A DNA stretch of 63,946 nt, filler included, from Choristocarpus tenellus KU-1152 (lineage: Eukaryota; Protista; Phaeophyceae), in the NCBI GenBank assembly GCA_964200185.2. It is 11 parts of 11 records of this genome, joined end to end, with 100 filler letters (N's around TTAATTAATTAA, not from the genome) between each part and the next. Parts side by side here need not be neighbours in the genome. Positions count along the whole stretch, not along the records: positions 10,302 to 18,070 come from CAXNAD020005610.1; positions 18,171 to 21,695 come from CAXNAD020019456.1; positions 21,796 to 24,849 come from CAXNAD020022653.1; 8 more parts are not named here. The stretch is one strand, 5' to 3'. Below are positions 12,327 to 24,198 of this stretch, one piece after another; position 1 is the first letter of the stretch, and each line of letters starts with the position of its first letter. The position numbers and the translations under genes were made by a program. The notes under the pieces were generated by a model that was given only the letters and a program-made list of their open reading frames with translations, did no database searches and had not been told where the DNA came from.

Positions 12327-13519
12327 ATGACACTAAGTGTGATGCTAGGTGACGAGAAAGTGCGAGTAGTGTGGCGCAGCAGCATAATCAATTCGCGAAA
12401 TGGATCACAAGGCTGCGACGCTTACGCTGAGATAAGATGGATTGAAAGCATTACCACACAAACGTGCTTGGATCTTCAACCACGTTGGAGCACTGCTCTG
12501 CAGTCTCTGCCACCTCGGGAAAGCAGGAAGAGAGCAGTGAGTCCATCACCAGGTGGTACACTGACCAAGTCTGTGGGGAAGCCTGGTCACAGCAGGCGAA
12601 GGGAGAACCGGGGTGGCTGTCCGAAGGGAAGATTGGGGAAGAGAGCAGTGCTACTGCGTGCCATTGCGCTCAGGAAACGCCTAAGCGAAAAACCGGGTTT
12701 ACAATATCTTAGTAGTCAACAGTTGCAGCACGGCCCGGCTGTCTGGAAGCTGTGCGAGCCAGAGTGACTTAAGGAAACGAGAAAGGTGTTAGGGTTGGAC
12801 TGCAACGGCTCTGAAGCCCGAAAGAAGGTCGAAAGAGATCGCAAGGCGGAGGAGAAAGCGATCATAACAAAGGCAGCTGTGGAGACATTTCGATACCACC
12901 AAATCCTTTACATAGAAGAGGCTGCGAAGCAGGTGGAGGTAGCCATCGACAAGGACGCCAGGGAAGAAGAGGAGGTGAGATCGAGATATTTGCTTACCCG
13001 TGGTTTGGTGTCTCCCACTTCTTGTAAGATGCCATACATTCACTTTTGTTCCTGGACTTGGGGTTGGACGTATAAAGTTGATTAAGACTTTCTCCCAGCC
13101 TGCATTCATCCGAGAAATCTTAACAATTTTCGATCAACTCAAGCCTGTCCTCCCTCGCCCTTGCGCCGTGATGATAAATATCACCCGTTCAGGAAACACG
13201 GACAACGCCCATTTCTGGCGCTCAACAAGGAAATGTGATAGTTAAGGCTCTAACACTGCGAATCCTGTATCTGTGTATGAACGACGGGAAAGACTGTCAA
13301 ACGGTGCTCGAGATGGCAGCAGGATATGCAATGGTCAGCCCGGAAACTGCGAGTAAATGGGAGAGAGACTTCCTAAGTAAGGGCCACATCAAGGTGTCAG
13401 AGCAAGGGCGCTATGCAAGGCGTTTGTCCTGGGCTTCGACGAGGACATCCTTGCCGAGGTCAAAGAGTGGGCGCGCAAACACACAGGAAGAAAGGGTGGG
13501 GAGACTTTTTCCCGCGTAA
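12327..13519 (+). pseudogene. Disrupted, intron-containing transposase N-terminal region (putative intron 12975-13098)
   Basis: ORFs 12327-12767 and 12786-12974 are in the same frame, separated by one stop. A GT...AG intron follows, then frameshifted sequence VSPETASKWERDFLSKGHIKVSEQGRYARRFVLGFDEDILAEVKEWARKH, which is HTH-like and resembles N-termini of IS630/Tc1-like eukaryotic transposases. No DDE domain is seen. Lies inside the TIRs. Confidence 0.55.
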
Positions 13520-13969
13520 ACCCTGTACTTCAATTAAGTAATACTGCATCTGTTGCTACTCCAGGGTTCGAATCCCAATATTAGCGCCCTTTCTTCAAAA
13601 AAAGTAAAAAATGGCAAGAAAAAAAAACAAAGTCCGTACTTTGGAGGACCTTGAAACGGGCATCACGAATAAGCTTTTATTTTTTAAATCCGATCTCTAC
13701 CTTAAACCTTATGACGGGACAACCCCTAAGGGCGAAGCTACTGGTACCACTATACTTTTTCAGGGTTTGTGCTGATGTTTGAATGGTTTTCATCGGTTTT
13801 CCCCCTGAAACATCTGTAAAATGTCAGAGGGCATGATAATAAAATATGTAACATATTCGAATTGTTTGGTTGGGTTGTTGGTAGTTGTTCCTATTATCTT
13901 CAAACTTATGCAAATAGTGTCTATGTTCAAACTTCCACGAATTGGCTGATTCTGTGGTGGCATGGTTCA

Positions 13970-14435
13970 CTCAGGCAAGTGTGGTGAAGGGGATCACCAG
14001 GCAAGACGTATCAGACGGACCAAGATGAACTGTAACCAAGAGGACGAGCTTAGGGTTGGACAAGTGCAAGACTGCAAGGACTTGCAGGAAATTGTGGAGT
14101 GATGAAAATCTTATGAGCCGGGGATATTACAAAAGTCAAGACGTGACATCTTTGATATGTGACATGTCTGGTTGAAGAGATGTCCATTACTTGTGGGATT
14201 GATCTCTTTTAAGATTCCACATCCCAAATATTTATTACTATTATCCCTTCTGACATGATTTTATTATTTTTCCCTCTGACATTTTGCAGATGCCACGGGA
14301 AAAACCAAGCTATTCACATATCGTAAGACCCTCCATTGGAATCGGGCATTCTTCACAAAGAAACCTCAAGCGGTGTAACGGTATATGACATACGACAATA
14401 ACGGTATAACAACAAACCTGTTTTACACACTTTAT
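13970..14435 (-). repeat. Dispersed repeat homologous to 47250-47412 and 1-90 (possible LTR fragment), interrupted by CRE 3'-end pieces at ~14237-14320
   Basis: The reverse complement of 14030-14075 matches 47365-47410. 14373-14430 matches 1-60 and the reverse complement of 47250-47310. Confidence 0.6.
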
Positions 14436-14441
14436 ACCTAT

Positions 14442-15333
14442 TGCAAGGGAAGGAAAGTTCCTTGCTAGCCCTGGCATTCCACCGGAGCCGATGTGAACAA
14501 GGGGCAAATGCATGGGCCTCAACACAACCACTGGAGTCGACATGCCCGGTCCCCCCAGTCGAATTCAAACTAACCACCTGGAGATTCCTGGGGAGGGAGG
14601 ATGCCCTATCAAACAGGTGCCCGGTGACTGGTTGCAGGAGACAGAATGTGGACACCAGACACGCCTGCACCTGCCCAGGAGGGGAGGTTCGCCAACACAC
14701 GTCGATGGTGAAGCGTCTGGGGCAACTCTGCAAAGGAATGGGCATCCCTTGCAGTATGGAGGAAGGCAGTCCATTTACTGTAAATAGGGATTTCTGCATG
14801 CATCTGGTCTTCCATGCTGGTACACTTCCAGATGCCGGATCAACTCCCTACTGAGACAAAGGCCTCCTCCTGGACGTTACATTTGCTGAAGTGCAGGCAG
14901 CATCTCACCTGTCACACTCATCCACCAGCAATAATGGTATAGCTGCTGCTGTAGCGGAGGCGCAAAAGCGCACCCATTGCGAGGGCTCTTTGATCCTCCT
15001 AGTTATAACCTCAATGCCTCTGAGGTGAAAAGTTTTGGGTGCCTTGGTAAGCAAGCGGAAAGTTTCCTGGATGAGCTAGCTACGCACGCGGTAGGGGGGA
15101 GAGATATTGGAGGCTACAGCACGAAAGGGATGGTCAAATCCCGTCTACGACAAATGGTCTATTACAACGTACGTGGCCTTGTCTAGACGTGTCATGTGTT
15201 TAAGTTGGAGACACCATGGAGATAGGCAAGGAGGGGTTTGTGAGACTCTTCGGACACTTCCCTAGCTCCTCGCTCTAGGGTGCAGGACTAAGCTAGGTTG
15301 GAGGCACAGGAGGGCAGTAGTGTAGCATAATAG
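14442..15333 (+). mobile_element. CRE-like non-LTR retrotransposon remnant (CCHC + RLE)
   Basis: CPVTGCRRQNVDTRHACTCPGGEVRQHTSMVKRL... followed by LLLDVTF..KRTH..KSFGCLGKQAESFLDELA, with stops and frameshifts. Confidence 0.85.
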
Positions 15334-16063
15334 GTGTTAGTAATGTCACAGGCGCCCCCTCAAAGCTCACCTCCAGAGCATGTACAAGTCAAGTCCAACT
15401 CACAGATTAACGCACGTCAGCTCAGCAGAACAGTAGTACTCTCAGGTGAATCAAGTAGCACAAGGAAAAGTGTATCAATGATATCAGAACAAGAGAGTGA
15501 ATACGGGGGTCTCTCTGGGTCAGAAGAACCGAGCCGTTTTGAGCCGTTTTGAGCCGTTTTTAGGATCTCTAATCATCATTTATCATTGGGGCTTATTCTG
15601 GTTTACAAATATTGGAATATATCTGAGAACCCTTTGCTACCTTTCCACCTGTGACCCTCTGCAACTACCCGAGTTACAGATTATTCTGCAACTTTTTTTT
15701 GGCAAATCGGAGTGCCCCCTTTTGGGGTTCCCCACGCGCGTATACTGCTCGCGCCGGTTAAAGCGCGGGAAGAAATAATCGCGCTATTCGCCTGTAACAG
15801 TAATAAAATATTCAATAGACATATATGACAACTTTTTAAAGGGATTTTTCAGACATGAGAATAATTTTAATTTGTTTTTACACAATTGGAAAATGTGAAA
15901 ACATAATTATATATATATTTTAAGAAATTCAAATCAATGTGTATGCTCGAAGTAGTTGAACCTTCACCATTGAATTATTGCACATGTATCAAGAGAGTAA
16001 CTAAGTGAACCAAGAAGCTTGCTGTGGCCGTCCCACCCACGTCTATGCGCCTTCACACGAAGG

Positions 16064-17796
16064 ATGGAGGTAGAAATGGGATGGAGAGAGAGGTTGAGTG
16101 GTGATCGTGATCCCCTTCTTGCTGAACCGGGGGGGGAAGAATCGACTAATCTGGAAGAAACGCATCCTCTGCTTCACTCCTCCTACTCCTATGATGGGCG
16201 GAGTGTTGCTTGCAAATGGTTATTCTTCTGGATCAACCCTGTGCTCGTAAAGGGAAGTGAGGTGGAGAGTTTGGAATTCGAGGATACTCTTAAGCTGCCA
16301 TCTGAGCTTACAGCCAAGTTCTTGTCAGCAAAGTTTGCTACCTCTTGGCAGCGTGGCGTCGCTCTTGGCAAGCCATCCTTCGTGTGGTCACTGCACTCAA
16401 TATTTGCAAGGTAGGTGGAAGCTCTTTTAAGAATGGTTGGATGCTGTTTTACAGTATTATAAACAGATAGGGTTTGGTGAGGAGTCACTACCCTTCCCAA
16501 AATTTGATGCCATTTTTCGTCCCTCCAGGAGTGCGATCAATCCACCTCTTAACGTTGGTGTAGACGCAGAATGCGTTTGTATTTACACTGTTATTTCTTT
16601 CCACATGCGTCCCATATTTCTCTCTTTATTCATTTGATATAGATCCTTCTGGATGGCTGGCTTATTTCGACTCGTATCAGACGTGTGCAATATCACGTCA
16701 CCAATGATTGTGCGCGAGGTGATCCTTCACATCAAAGGGGAGTCAGTGCTTGTATCTGATACAGTAGGAGGAGGGATGGTTCTTACTGTACTCCTATTTG
16801 TGGTAGTCATGGTGCAAGCTTCTACTCTACAGCAGTTCATCCACAGTGGTGAGAATTTGTTTTTCGTTTAGCAATTGCAATAATTGAGGCAAGATTCGCA
16901 AGCCCTCTACACATGTTTGCGCCATTATCTGACCTAGCCACTAGGTTTTCAGGGTTCGATCTGTCAACCAGCCTTACCATGCGCATAGTATTGAAAATAT
17001 CATTCTCATCACTGACCAGTCATACCCTCCAGGGTCAAAGGAGAATGTGGTCTTGACTCAGAATTGGAAGGTGTATGGAAGATTCAAACCCCGTGCCTTC
17101 TGATGTTTTTGGCTGATGTGTTTGATAGTTATCAGAATATTGGTCTTCTCCATCCCTGGATGTTTAAAACCATCACAGTGGTGCATTCCTGCCCTTTCTG
17201 GAGCCTTTTTTTTGTGTGGTTAATGTCCTTCCAGAATGGTACCAATGTTGTGGCGATCCTTGAACAATGTTGCATGTTGTGTGCCTTATCCTGTAGCGGG
17301 GGTGAAAGGGGTGTGTCTCAACCATCAAGGCTATGCTGTTTTGTGATGCCAATCTGGGAAGAAGAGAAAACAATTGTTGATCTGAATAATTTGTTATCTT
17401 GTTCACCTCCTGCACACCTCAAATATCTGGAGTGTATCATCTGCCCAAGACCAACCCGATAGCTTTGTGTGCCTATGCTATAAAGTCCTCATTTTGTGTC
17501 ATATGTCTCTATATGTGGTGTGCAATCCCTCTTAGATTCTGAAGCAGAGAAGAAACAGGCACCAGCAGATTCTATTTCATCTATCATGAAGAAAGTCGAA
17601 TAAAATGCTATTGTGAATACTTTGACTTCTTCAACATATACGTATCCTCACTCTATCGTGTTATATTCTACGTCAAGTTTTCATGGTAGGTGCAGGGGTC
17701 AACTCTACTGCAGCAGCTGCAGTGTATAACAAGTCACTTCGCCTGCCCAAGCAATCACTGGAAGGTTCGCGACTGGGAGAGATTGTTAACTTTCAG
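16064..17796 (+). CDS. ABC transporter C family (MRP-like), 5' part (exons 16064-16410, 16643-16848, 17678-17796)
   Basis: In-phase splicing gives the L0/lasso motif (KWLFFWINPVLVKG...LEFEDTLKLP), TM1-2 (RSFWMAGLFRLVSDVCNITSPMIVREVI) and VYNKSLRL...GEIVNFQ, typical of ABCC TMD1. Truncated by the contig end. Confidence 0.9.
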
Positions 17797-18937
17797 GTGC
17801 CTGTAAAAACACACATCTAATTTCTTGTGTAAGTGTTACGTAATACATGTGGTGTGGCCCCTCCTATTATCAAACTACTCTGTCCTTCAGACTACTGCAG
17901 GTATTATGGTGTGGCCTTGCATCTATTCTTACTGGTATAACTTCGTAATTCTTCACAAGCTGAGAACCTGATATTGCTCAAGAATGTTTCTCTGACATAG
18001 AGGGTCAAAGTATCTGGGGTGTGTGTGTGTGTGTGGCTTGTGAGGGGGCATCCGTTTCGGCCAAGCAACTNNNNNNNNNNNNNNNNNNNNNNNNNNNNNN
18101 NNNNNNNNNNNNNNTTAATTAATTAANNNNNNNNNNNNNNNNNNNNNNNNNNNNNNNNNNNNNNNNNNNNCCCCCCAGATACTTTGACCCATGAACACAA
18201 TAATCCAATGCTCACATATTATTCCACCTCCACATTTACATACAAGGAACATGTGGGAGTATACATAGTTAGAGGGATTATACACCAAACTACAGTATCA
18301 GTAAATACAGATGCATATTTTAATATATTATTGTATCCAGTGTACGTAATCAAGATCTTATGTTACTATGTGATATAACAGCGTGCACTGGGGGATGTGC
18401 AGCTCTTACACGTTTAGTTTTAAAATAATTTTTTGATTGCTTGTTCAGGATCTTGTATTTCCTCCTCCGAATATCTCACATGATGTCATGGTACCATGTG
18501 AAGATATTCTTTTCCTAACGGCAAAATATTGCATCAGGTACCATGCATATATTAGTAGAGAGTCACACCCAAACGCCTTTTTTGTTGTTTTGGTGTGGAG
18601 TCTTCATGAAAGGGTGTTGAGAGGGCTACCCCCTTAGATCTAGATATTCAGTGGGATAATATTGGTGTCAGTGACTTGTCTCCTATTGTTCATTAATCGT
18701 TCTTGGTTCTTGTGCTCTCAATAGGTATTCAAGTGAGTGGAAGACTTATTGGATTGGTGTTAGACCTATGCGTCCTTCTTTATTTCGGAGGATTGAACCT
18801 TGGTGTTAGTGGTGGCGTTATTGGAATGAATAGGTATACACTGTTGGCTGAACCTTCACCCTGTTAAAGTCCCCCGGACTTCCTTTGTTTCTGATATCTC
18901 CTTTCTTTTGTCTCACTTTTTCCTTTTTTTTTATTCT

Positions 18938-19197
18938 GAGTCAAAGTATCTTAGGAGGTAGAGCCGCGTCCATTTTGGGGCCAAAATCCAATGTTGCGAT
19001 TTTGATTTAATTTTGGCTATCGTGTTTGTTAGGAAGTGTCAATGCCTTGTTCAGGACACAACTTTTGATAACCTACATATTTTACCTACACCGAAACTGT
19101 TTTGGAGTAGGAAAATGCCATTAAAAAAAAACATAGGAAGCCAAGCCCCAAATGGACAAACAGGGCAAAACTCGTACCCTCTAAGTTACTTTCACTC
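18938..19197 (-). mobile_element. MITE family A, full length, with 4-bp TSD TTCT
   Basis: Reverse-orientation copy; TTCT at 18934-18937 and 19198-19201. Confidence 0.92.
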
Positions 19198-21019
19198 TTC
19201 TCTCCTTTGTAACGCCTCTTGTTGATGCCTGCTCTCTGACTATCAGTTTGGGAAGATCAAACTAATTGTGAATAGTGAAGCACAAGCATGATATACTGAA
19301 ATAAAATATAATAGATATTTAATAGTTCTATCCTATAGTAGTGAGTGTTGGAATGGTCTGGAACAACTTTGTCAATGGGACTTTATGGCAACAGAAGAAA
19401 TTACAATAATATTTTTTTGGTACAGCTATGACGCCAAGGGTTTATTCTAAATCTCGTACTGCTATACCCTTTGCCACCAACGATACTCTTACATTGGCAA
19501 CGACTGAAACGGGCACATTTGAGATCAGTAGAGGGCATAATACTGGTCTGGGCTTGGGGCTTGTCATAATCCGCACCCCGCTATGAAGCACTACGAGTTG
19601 CAATAAGGCACCAGGTAGATAGCTACGTGGTGCTTTATAGTTTAAACAGAGCTTTGTAGTGATGGGAGCAAGCCTTATTGCACCATACAGCACAGTATGG
19701 TGAAAGGCTTTACAACCCTCAAAGGATTTTGTTGGTGCTGCGAATTTTTTGGTTGTTGTGGCACTGCTATGAGTACAGTAACCGCTACAAGCACTCTAAA
19801 TGATGTGATAATTGGTGGCTCTGGTGGCTCCGGTGGCTCCAACAATACTAAGTAAGCGGCAGGAAGCAATACTACATGGTTGTCTATGTTGTCTTAAAGC
19901 ACTCCTAGCTATCCTAGCACTATGTGGTGCTATGTATCGCCTTGTAGTCTCTCGAGTTTGACTCTAAGATTCTATGTGTCTCGACCTCTAAGGGATAGAA
20001 AACTTGCTCTTGTTTCCGTTGTTGGTAGGCTGGCATGCCCTTCACTACAAGGTTTCTGTTCATACAAGTACATGTGTATGTGGTGTACATATGCTCCTAC
20101 TTACCCTTCAAACCAGTCGCTAGAACTTGATAGTTTTGTAGTGTGTATGTGAAGCAATTGACTACTACCTGTATAGTGATACGTAAGGATTATTCGGCTC
20201 CATTTTCCCATTTGTGTGACGAGCAATACCTCACAATGTAGCAGGCATCGGATGTCAAACAATGACTACATTGACGATCTCGACTGAAGGATTCTGAATC
20301 CAGTTTTTAATTGATTCTGAAGAGTGGCTATAATTTCATCGCAGAATGAACACTACGACCTGCTGTTGACAGCAGTATTGCGCAAAGAACGACGACACAC
20401 ACACATGCTGGTAAGATATACCACATTGATATTGTTAATTTTGGCACTATTTTGTGAATGTAAACATTTCCACGGGAAACTGAAATTACTGGTCATGTTG
20501 TAATTACAAGGAACTCTCTTTGTATACAGATTGCATGTGCAAATTTGTGATGCGAAAAAATGGAGTAATTACACCCATAACCGTACAGCCTTACCGTATT
20601 GATTTTCTACGTACACCCCCCTTCTTGATTATCTTCCTCACAACTATTAATTTCATTCATCATCCCTGATCGCAAACCCAAGGTAAAATAAAGTAGTCCA
20701 AAGAAGGCAACATACATTGGTTGAGAAAAGGCAACAAGGACCATAAACAAAAACAAATCAGTGAAATAAAAAAATAAATGATACGAAAAGGAGTAATAGA
20801 AATCACAGAAGAAAACACCATCACCCAAAAAAACGTAAGGGGAAGAGAGGAGAGAAAATCACGTAAGAACAAAGGATACAAGAGACTAAGCCCACAAAGA
20901 AAACACCATTCAGTAGGTAATGATGGCTATGTTGGCGTGTTGGGCGACCTTAAATTAACTCATACTTTTTTGTGACGTACATAAAATGTCACAACTTCTT
21001 TGGAGTGCCGTTCGGACCA

Positions 21020-21628
21020 TGGAAACTCGTTGTTTCGTTACTCACACACTTATACCACTCCTGTAGGTTAGTTGAACTTGGTACTCAAACCCTCAACTCC
21101 AATCCCAAACTTTTCAAGGTCGTCTTGGAGACATGTTCACCAATCCTTCTCCTGTCCACCTTGCTTCTATATTCTATTCGTAAGCTCCCCAAAGGTCAAT
21201 ATCGTGGGAAGTTGCTCATCCCCCATGGGAGCAACTGACCCAGGCAATAGGAGACTCCCCTTGTGCACTGCTGCCTCGATACTCTCGCACCCAGTCCTCA
21301 TAAGAGCATCTTTGTAAGAGAGTGCGTGATTGGTACCTTCCCGTTTGCGGAAACCTATCTAGTGGATGAGGAATTGTGGTGATGGGAGCAGAGCTTTAGG
21401 AAATGCGTATGACGGAGTGTACGCATCATACAACCATATAGCAGAACTTCGAGTACTTCAGCTTGAGCATTCGAATCTTAAGCTCAGGTGAGACAACTGA
21501 GGTCCTGTCATAAAGAACTTGGCTGCATTTCGAAAACATTGCCAACCTTTCTGAATCCTCCCAGTTATCTCAGAAGTATTAGCGCATTGTCACTGACAGT
21601 TCTCCCAATATAAACAAACCGATCAGTC
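21020..21628 (-). mobile_element. RTE-clade non-LTR retrotransposon remnant (RT thumb / C-terminal region)
   Basis: Minus-strand frameshifted translation FVYIG..EITWRIQKGW..LYDR..LKIRML.AEVLEVLLYGC..IGFRKR..LSYKDAL..CESIEAAV..QLP..FGEL..GGQEKDW..LQDDLEKFGI matches the RTE C-terminal pattern. Confidence 0.85.
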
Positions 21629-22654
21629 TGTTTAACAGCCGATCACCAAAATTGAGGATGGAGCATACTATGGAGGATGGGTTTGACCGAAAATGNNNNN
21701 NNNNNNNNNNNNNNNNNNNNNNNNNNNNNNNNNNNNNNNTTAATTAATTAANNNNNNNNNNNNNNNNNNNNNNNNNNNNNNNNNNNNNNNNNNNNCGTGT
21801 ACCTAGCGTGGGAGGGCAGTTCGTAAATTAGCCCTAACGTGGTATATTGTATTGCGCACGGATTCATCATTTCGCAGTGTATGCAGTACGTTCCGATACA
21901 GGGCAACACGCTTTTTTTGTGTTTCGACGCTTAACGTACCGATTCGGGAAACAAACTCGTGGTATGGATTGACGCCCCTGAACCGTCACCCAGCTCGTTC
22001 TGTTACTGTTTAACGATGTCCTACACCTTCTACAAAAAAAAAAATCGCTGCTTCTGTGAAGAAGCATCTGTGTGACATTATTAACGAACCTGTTAACAAG
22101 GAAGTTGGGGGCCCTCATGGGGATGTCCGAGGCAGCACCTTCGTATTCGACGTCCATCATGGATTGGAGTACAACAGGAGATGTATCACGCCCGTGTCCG
22201 ACGATGTCGTCGACAGTGACTCGCTTATTGCATGTGAACATTGTCCCATCGTTGTGCGCGAGACAAATCATGTCCTGGTGGCTTTTGAGGTGGTTATCTG
22301 TGCCTAATTGAGGGCGCCCCCCCCTCCTCGTCTTCGATATTAGCATTAGGGGATGATCCTCCAAAAACAAGCCCACCTTCGACGCAGTAAGAGCCTCTGA
22401 ACGAAGAGAATGCGGGAGGGAGCACGTGGGTCCGACATGCGTCGAACTTGACAGTGACATCACACAAGTAGTCATGATAGGGATTCATGAAATCTCGCAC
22501 CACTGACATTATAATAGTACAATGAGTGTGGAACGCAAGGGAAATAACCAATGCAAAAATTGCAAGCAATAGGAGATTGAGTAATAGCAGGAGTAAATAT
22601 GGCAAAAAAGTGTGGTGAACACGAGTAACACCAGCATGCGAGAGAATGGACAAT

Positions 22655-22912
22655 GACCCAAAATAACTTAGAGGGTAGCGCCGCGTCCATTTGGGGACCA
22701 AAATCAAATGTTGCGATTTTGATATAATTTGGCTGTTGCGTTTGTTAGGAAGTTTCAATATCCATGTTCTGGACACACCTTTTAATAACATACATACTTT
22801 ACCTACTCCTAAACATTTTGAAGTAGGAAAATGTCAAAGAAGAACCCATGGGAAGCCAAGCCCCAAATGGACAAACAGGCAAAAACCCGTACCCTCTAAG
22901 ATACTTTCACTC
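22655..22912 (-). mobile_element. MITE family A (diverged)
   Basis: Body and right TIR match family A; the left TIR is degenerate. Confidence 0.85.
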
Positions 22913-23235
22913 TTATGTTGTAGCTCCCCCACACAATTAAATATGCAGGTAGAACAAAAGTAGAAATGGAAAAATGTCAAAAATCTACTGCATCTTGCCA
23001 GTAACAAAACACATACAAGAGAGCCGGTATAAAAATAGTTTGAAGTGTTGCTCCCCTTTGGCAGTTATAAGACAGGCACTATAGAGTAGAAAAGGAAAAT
23101 CATCATACTCTACCTCCTCTTCGGGAGTTGCACAGCAGGTTACATCAAAGTACAACAGATTAGAAATTGGAAAAACATCCTAATTTAGCCCCTCCTTGAC
23201 AGGAACGTAACAGGCAGAATCGAGTAGAAATGTTA

Positions 23236-23338
23236 GGGTCAAAGTATCTGGGGGGGGGGGGGGGGGGGGGTTGGCGGGGGGGGGGCCGTTTGGGGCCACC
23301 CCCTTTTTTTTTGGTCAGGAAAAACCCCNNNNNNNNNN

Positions 23339-23373
<35 letters not shown>

Positions 23374-23522
23374 GGTTGGCGAGGGGGTGTCCGTTTCGGT
23401 CCAACTCCTTTTTTTGCTGACATTGCAAATCCGACACGTGCGACCAAATCACACCAAAAAAGTGAAAATCGAAAAAAGGGTGAAAAACTGACGCTGACAC
23501 CCCCCCTCAGATACTTTAACCC
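23236..23522. mobile_element. MITE family B with 4-bp TSD GTTA
   Basis: TIRs GGGTCAAAGTATCTGGGGG / CCCCTCAGATACTTTAACCC; GTTA on both sides. Other B copies or fragments at 18002, 18171, 24579, 28787-28944, 29321 and 41196-41263. Confidence 0.88.
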
Positions 23523-23816
23523 GTTACGATCTCGTGTTGTAGCTCCTCTTTGGCTGTTACCAAACAGGTATAACAGAGGAATGGAAGAAACTCGTAGTAT
23601 GTCTCCTCTTTGGCAGTTACAGAGCAAGTAGAGTCATCCACTATTGTAGCACCTCTTCGGTTGTTGCAAAACAGGTATAACACAGTCGAAATGGAAATAA
23701 CTACCTCTCTGTCAGTTTCAAAATTGGTAAATCAAGGAAGAAATGGAATCATCGTGATTTAGCTGATCTTTGGCAGTTATCGAACACGTACAAGAGTAGT
23801 AGTTGAAATGGAAATG

Positions 23817-24198
23817 GAGTGCACAGGAGAGATCCCCTGTCTTCGGGAGCCCCCATTGTCCTTGGGGGACCCCCACTGTCATACGTTTTTCATTTCTGAC
23901 GCACAGTTTAGGGTTAGGGTTGGAGATAGATTCTGGAAAATGAGTGCTAAAAAATTAAGAGATGGGTGCTTGAGAGGTTGTGGTTCCCCAGTGCACACAA
24001 TACTCCTTCACCACTTCTTCTAGAATGTTTCTTTGGCTGGTTAGGAATATTTTTCACAACAAGTTAGGGTTAGGGTTAGCTCTGGGTTCAGGTTTTCAAA
24101 AGTGCACGCGTGTGCAAAGAAGTTCAAATAGTATGATAGTGGGGGTTCCCCAAGGGCAGTGGGGGCTCCCGAGGACAGGGGATCTCCCCTGTGCACTC
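23817..24198. mobile_element. MITE family E (382 bp, ~68-bp TIRs) with 4-bp TSD AATG and internal TTAGGG repeats
   Basis: GAGTGCACAGGAGAGATCCCCTGTC... / ...GACAGGGGATCTCCCCTGTGCACTC; AATG at 23813-23816 and 24199-24202. Confidence 0.9.

Larger units (their letters stand above)
11552..13752 (+). mobile_element. IS630/Tc1/mariner-like DNA transposon remnant (2.2 kb)
   Basis: Perfect 22-bp inverted repeats GTGGTACCAGTAGCTTCGCCCT (11554-11575) / AGGGCGAAGCTACTGGTACCAC (13729-13750). TA lies on both outer sides (11550-51, 13753-54). Removing the element rejoins the CRE 3' UTR. Confidence 0.75.

Noticed and set aside
13562-13577. GGGTTCGAATCCC tRNA T-arm/B-box motif
   Set aside because: No cloverleaf, acceptor stem or clear A-box is visible; at most a SINE relic inside the transposon.
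18002-18190. Left and right halves of a family B MITE on either side of a linker, suggesting the contigs are truly adjacent
   Set aside because: The flanks (TAGA vs ATGA) are not a duplication. Contigs commonly break at the poly-G tracts of these MITEs, so the pairing is probably coincidental.
19423-19450. AGC TAT GAC GCC AAG (SYDAK) resembling the next ABCC exon
   Set aside because: It lies on a different contig, the AG gives the wrong phase, and a stop follows within four codons.
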